Part shown: piece after piece, positions 58,952-64,000 of the stretch | Layout: every line of letters begins with the position of its first letter | Numbering within the stretch: the stretch's first letter is position 1 | Assembly (NCBI RefSeq): GCF_001194135.2 | Contig: NC_068985.1 | Location: 50,721,180-50,785,179 of the forward strand | Source: Octopus bimaculoides | Lineage: Eukaryota | Direction of reading: 5' to 3' | DNA: 64,000 nucleotides | Made by a program: the position numbers and the translations under genes | Notes under the pieces: model-generated | Told to the model about the DNA's origin: nothing | The model's database searches: none | What the model saw: only the letters and a program-made list of their open reading frames with translations

Positions 58952-59170
58952 ATGTGTGTGTATCTGTTTGTGTGTCTGTGTTTGTCCCCCAACATCGCTT
59001 GACAACCAATGGTGGTGTGTTTACGCCCCCGTAACTTAGCGGTTCGGCTAAAGAGACCGATAGAATTAAGTACTAGGCTTCCAAAGAATAAGTCCTGGGG
59101 TCGATTTGCTCGACTAAAGGCGGTGCTCCAGCATGGCCGCAGTCAAATGACTGAAACAAGTAAAAGAGTG
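58844..59170 (+). mobile_element. SINE family D (head lost in the gap)
   Basis: AAAGAAGCCCGTCG(TA)n(TG)n..TTTGTCCCC..GAAACAAGTAAAAGAG. Confidence 0.92.
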
Positions 59171-59226
59171 AATATCAAGTATTTTTTTACAAAACCTTTA
59201 AATACATACGAACATACATACATACA

Positions 59227-59257
<31 letters not shown>

Positions 59258-60260
59258 GAAAGTTGTTTTATTTTTACACTCAGGGAGTTTCTTTGAATAT
59301 GTTTCTACATGTCTGAGGCCCTATGTGTGCATGTGTTTTTCTAAATTCCTAGGTGCATACAGTTATATGTACGTTTATATGCACATATTTATGTATATAT
59401 GCATCTGTTTATGCATGTCTTTATATATGTATTTATGCATGAATGCATTTATGCATATATGTATATATATATATTTGTATGCATGTATGTATGTAGGTAT
59501 GTATGAAAGCATGCATTAATATCTGTGTGTGTGTGTGTGCGTGTGTGCATTTATATATGAATATTTGTATTTATGTATTTATGCATGTATGCATATAAAT
59601 GTCTACATATGACAATGTATATGCGTATATATCAGCTGATATACGTGTACACTTGTATGCATGTCTACGAATGTATGTATGCATGTATGTATGTATGTAT
59701 GTATGTATGTATGCATGCGTATACTGTATGTGCATTTGAAGACTCTTATCTAGGTACTGCCCACTGATTACCTTATTAATCCTACCACTTCTATAGCACC
59801 TCCACCATTACCACCACCGCCCCTTCACCACTACAACAGCATCACCATCATCAGCAACATCGTTATCGTTGTCAATGCTGTTATCCTTGTCATCTTAGCT
59901 AAATAGCCCGTTGTGGAAGAGGGTCGGCTTTCCAAGAGAAATACAAGCTACAATGTGAATGTGGAAATGAAGTTGCTTGTTATAAGTGACGGCTATGTAT
60001 GGTCGGAACATTTGCAGTGTATCTGAAAGAGAAAAAAAAGATGGGGGTAGGAACATAGAAAGAGAAAGAGAGAGAGAGTGAAACAACAACAACAATTATA
60101 ATTATAATAATGAAAAATGAAAAATATAAATTACTAGTTCCAGTCAAGATGACTTGTCACCAGGAGATGAGAACGATTTAGAAAACTGGGATCGATCACC
60201 AAATCTCCCCTCTATCTTCTTTCAGTCATTCCCTCTCTCCCTCTCTTTTCCCTCTTTCTA

Positions 60261-60314
<54 letters not shown>

Positions 60315-60473
60315 NNNNNNNNNNNNNNNNNNNNNNNNNNNNNNNNNNNNNNNNNNNNNNNNNNNNNNNNNNNNNNNNNNNNNNNNNNNNNNNNNNNNNN
60401 NNNNNNNNNNNNNNNNNNNNNNNNNNNNNNNNNNNNNNNNNNNNNNNNNNNNNNNNNNNNNNNNNNNNNNNNN

Positions 60474-60523
<50 letters not shown>

Positions 60524-62607
60524 CTCTCTTATATGTCAGTCAAGAAAATTACCTCTATTTTCATTGGACAGTAAAACAATAGACAAGGCGGGGTTTTAAT
60601 CTTCCCAGATTGAGGACAAATCCATTTTATATTATTTTTCTTTTCTTTTTTCTTATTTTCCCTTCAGATTTTCTCTTGTCATCCCCCACCCCCTTCTTGT
60701 CTCCCTTCCAATAATGCTTTTATTTTTTGCCCTTTTTCCTTCCTTGGGGTAAAAGAAATGCAAGACAGAAAGACCTATTACAATTTTTTTTCTTCCTACT
60801 TTAGAATTTTTACTTTTTTGTCTTTTCATTTCTTTTTTTATTTTGTTAATCTAGTTTCGTTTAATATTTCATGTTTTTTTAACATCTTTGTTTTTTTATA
60901 TTTACCGTAAAATTATTTATATATATTTTTCCAAATTTTTTATACACATTTTTTGTAGTTATTTTTTTATTTCAACTATTTCTTTATTTTCTCTCATTTT
61001 TATGAGAAAATTTCAATATTTTCGATTGCTTTTATCAGTTACAATCTTAATTTAAATCTCTTGCTTCTACTGTTTATACGTAAAAGTCAGTCCTCTTTCA
61101 CCGTCTTTCTCTCTCACTCTTTGTATCCCTCCCTGCATCTCTCTCTCTCATTTTCATTGTACCTCTCTCTTCCTTTCTTTTTACTTCCTTCTCGGCCTCT
61201 TGCAATCTGACCACGGTGTTAGTGACGACGGCTGACAACAATCCGGACACTCCATTACCACTGGCCCTCATACTCGTATATCCTAACACCACCACCACTA
61301 CCACCGCCATCACATCACCGCCATGACAAACACTGCACCACATTAACAACACCAATACCAATATCACCACCGACATCATTGTCTACTAATTCTAATTTTG
61401 GTATCAGACATATCCATCTGTGGAGAAAAATGAAATGAAATGTATATAACAATTCCATTAAATACATATATACATATACGCATAAATTCGTGTACACACA
61501 TAAAAACACACTGTGTCACACACACACACACGAACACACACACACACACACGAACACACACACACACACCATGCATTTATGTGTGTGTGTGTGTGTGCGT
61601 GTGTGTATGTGTGTGTGTGCGCGTGCGCATACATGGATGCGTATGTGTAAACCAAAATATAAGGAACTTCGATAAATAAACTTTTCCAACACGAAGATTC
61701 AATAGACACTTATTCCTTCAACGTAACCAGCTTCCTCCTTCTCCACATCTCCTCTGCCTTTCCTTCTACTACTACTATTACTACTACTACATGTCTAAGG
61801 CAACTACCTCTACTACCGNNNNNNNNNNNNNNNNNNNNNNNNNNNNNNNNNNNNNNNNNNNNNNNNNNNNNNNNNNNNNNNNNNNNNNNNNNNNNNNNNN
61901 NNNNNNNNNNNNNNNNNNNNNNNNNNNNNNNNNNNNNNNNNNNNNNNNNNNNNNNNNNNNNNNNNNNNNNNNNNNNNNNNNNNNNNNNNNNNNNNNNNNN
62001 NNNNNNNNNNNNNNNNNNNNNNNNNNNNNNNNNNNNNNNNNNNNNNNNNNNNNNNNNNNNNNNNNNNNNNNNNNNNNNNNNNNNNNNNNNNNNNNNNNNN
62101 NNNNNNNNNNNNNNNNNNNNNNNNNNNNNNNNNNNNNNNNNNNNNNNNNNNNNNNNNNNNNNNNNNNNNNNNNNNNNNNNNNNNNNNNNNNNNNNNNNNN
62201 NNNNNNNNNNNNNNNNNNNNNNNNNNNNNNNNNNNNNNNNNNNNNNNNNNNNNNNNNNNNNNNNNNNNNNNNNNNNNNNNNNNNNNNNNNNNNNNNNNNN
62301 NNNNNNNNNNNNNNNNNNNNNNNNNNNNNNNNNNNNNNNNNNNNNNNNNNNNNNNNNNNNNNNNNNNNNNNNNNNNNNNNNNNNNNNNNNNNNNNNNNNN
62401 NNNNNNNNNNNNNNNNNNNNNNNNNNNNNNNNNNNNNNNNNNNNNNNNNNNNNNNNNNNNNNNNNNNNNNNNNTGACTGTAATTTTGAACTTTCACCGAG
62501 TCTAGCTTTGAAAAGCCGTATTTGACAAAACTTTGAAGTGACAGTCACTTTAAAAGAAAAATTAACTCTGCTTCACATATTGATTTCCTTTTATGTGTGG
62601 TGTGGTG

Positions 62608-62658
<51 letters not shown>

Positions 62659-63333
62659 TGTACACATTACATTTCTATGTATGCTTGTAAGGTGCTTGTT
62701 TTTTCTTAAATTAATATCGACTGTGTAGATGTATTTATAGCGATGCAAATGGTTCTATGCATATATTTTGGGAAAATGAAAAAAGAAAAAAAACTTTTGA
62801 GTTCTTTTCTAATGATCTGTTCTACTTTCCAGAGTAGAGTGGAAGTGGGATTAGCATTCTATCGTCTGGATTTCTCCAAAGAAGGGAAAATTGTCTGAGA
62901 CACAAGTGTCCGCATAAGGACAATGCACTATCTCACTATTCCATTATCCCACAGCCAAACAACCACTGCGACAAAAGCGATGATGTCATAACACTTGTCT
63001 CAAAGAACTAACTTGCCTTACAACAACAAGACTTGGAAGTTTCGCCAAATAACTCTTCCTTCCTCTCTTCTACATTTTCTCATCGAACCTCCCGCAAATG
63101 ACAATACCACCACTGCCACCTATAATGACAACAAAAACGACATCTACTACTGCGAACGTTTCTACGTGGTCGCTCGACCTGCAATTACACCTCAAATCAT
63201 ACCATTCTCTCTAATATAAGAAAAGTCGACATTAGATATTATAGTGGTGTATAACTCCCTAAAAGGAGAGGAGGGTCACAACTGAAAAGCCTTTGATCTA
63301 AATCAACACCATCAAGGCAGACCCACAGCTCCT

Positions 63334-63426
63334 GAAGAAGAAGAAGAAGAAGAAGAAGAAGAAGAAGAAGAAGAAGAAGAAGAAGAAGAAGAAGAAGAAG
63401 AAGAAGAAGAAGAAGAAGAAGAAGAA
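63334..63426. repeat. (GAA)31 microsatellite
   Basis: Read directly; abuts a SINE A2 tail. Confidence 0.95.
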
Positions 63427-63533
63427 TCCTTTCTACTATAGGCACAAGGGGCCTGACATTTTGGGAGAGAGGGCTCCTAGTGCTCAACTGGTACTTAATT
63501 TATCGACCGTGAAAGAATGAAAGGAAAAGTCGA
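63427..63533 (-). mobile_element. SINE family A (A2), 3' part
   Basis: CTGGTACTTAATTTATCGACCGTGAAAGAATGAAAGGAAAAGTCGA is the reverse of the family A core. Confidence 0.8.
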
Positions 63534-63536
63534 TTA

Positions 63537-63807
63537 ATGATAATAATAATAATAATAATAATCATAATAGCAATAATGATCATGATGACGAACAACAACA
63601 ACAACAACAACAACGACGACGACAACAACAACAACAGTAACAATAACCAAGCTCTAGTATATTCGTTCTGCAGGTTTCAGAACTCATGGGAATACAGTTT
63701 TTGTGACCGGCACCCCCCACCACAATTCACCGACACTACTACTACTACAACAACTACTACTACTACTACTACTACTACTGCTACTGCTACTACTACTACT
63801 ACTGCTG

Positions 63808-63840
<33 letters not shown>
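63537..63840. repeat. Compound trinucleotide low-complexity region (ATA, ACA, ACT, GCT)
   Basis: Read directly; source of the poly-I/N/T/A ORF 63537-63998. Confidence 0.9.
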
Positions 63841-63843
<3 letters not shown>

Positions 63844-64000
63844 ACATTTTAAAGTTCTATAGTTTTAGTAGACTTTTTCAGAGCTTTAATGAAATATACA
63901 TGAAGTCTTCAGACCTCTCCTGCTACTATTCTTTTCGTTGTTGTTGTTGGTGTTACAATTCTGCTATGGAAAGACATTCCATTAATAATTCATTATAATA

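Noticed and set aside
59895-60040. Strong minus-strand acceptor followed by a 41-codon frame (TLQMFRPYIAV..)
   Set aside because: No recognisable protein similarity and no partner exon.
4149-62548. Long ORFs of 150-430 aa made mostly of X
   Set aside because: Artefacts of translating N gaps.
5556-63998. Many short ORFs rich in CV, HT, YI, LS, poly-S, poly-L or poly-T
   Set aside because: Translations of (TG)n, (TA)n, (GATA)n, (CTT)n, (GAGT)n and similar microsatellites; no coding evidence.

Overview
Eukaryotic, AT-rich, repeat-dominated DNA from a gappy short-read assembly (13 N-runs, about 5 kb in total). The SINE families and dense microsatellites look like a coleoid cephalopod, most likely Octopus; this is recognition from memory, not a database search. 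No rRNA, true tRNA, CRISPR array or prokaryotic gene is supported. The only intact long coding sequence is a 529-aa coiled-coil ORF on the minus strand (13382-14971). It has a candidate splice acceptor just upstream of its ATG and an AATAAA just downstream of its stop, and I cannot assign it to a family. Everything else I can identify is transposon-derived or simple repeat: Ty3/Gypsy gag-protease; L1/Tx1, R4/Dong and RTE LINE relics; two Helitron pieces; a near-complete pogo-type DD35D transposon with a C-terminal PHD finger; a Chapaev3-like deletion derivative; three Tc1/mariner relics, one with two inverted 5' ends; two fold-back MITE-like elements; and about 20 tRNA-derived SINEs built from shuffled modules. 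Best leads: the orphan coiled-coil gene, the PHD-bearing pogo, SINE module swapping, and closely spaced inverted SINE pairs as possible dsRNA/ADAR substrates. I found no clear multi-gene novel system.
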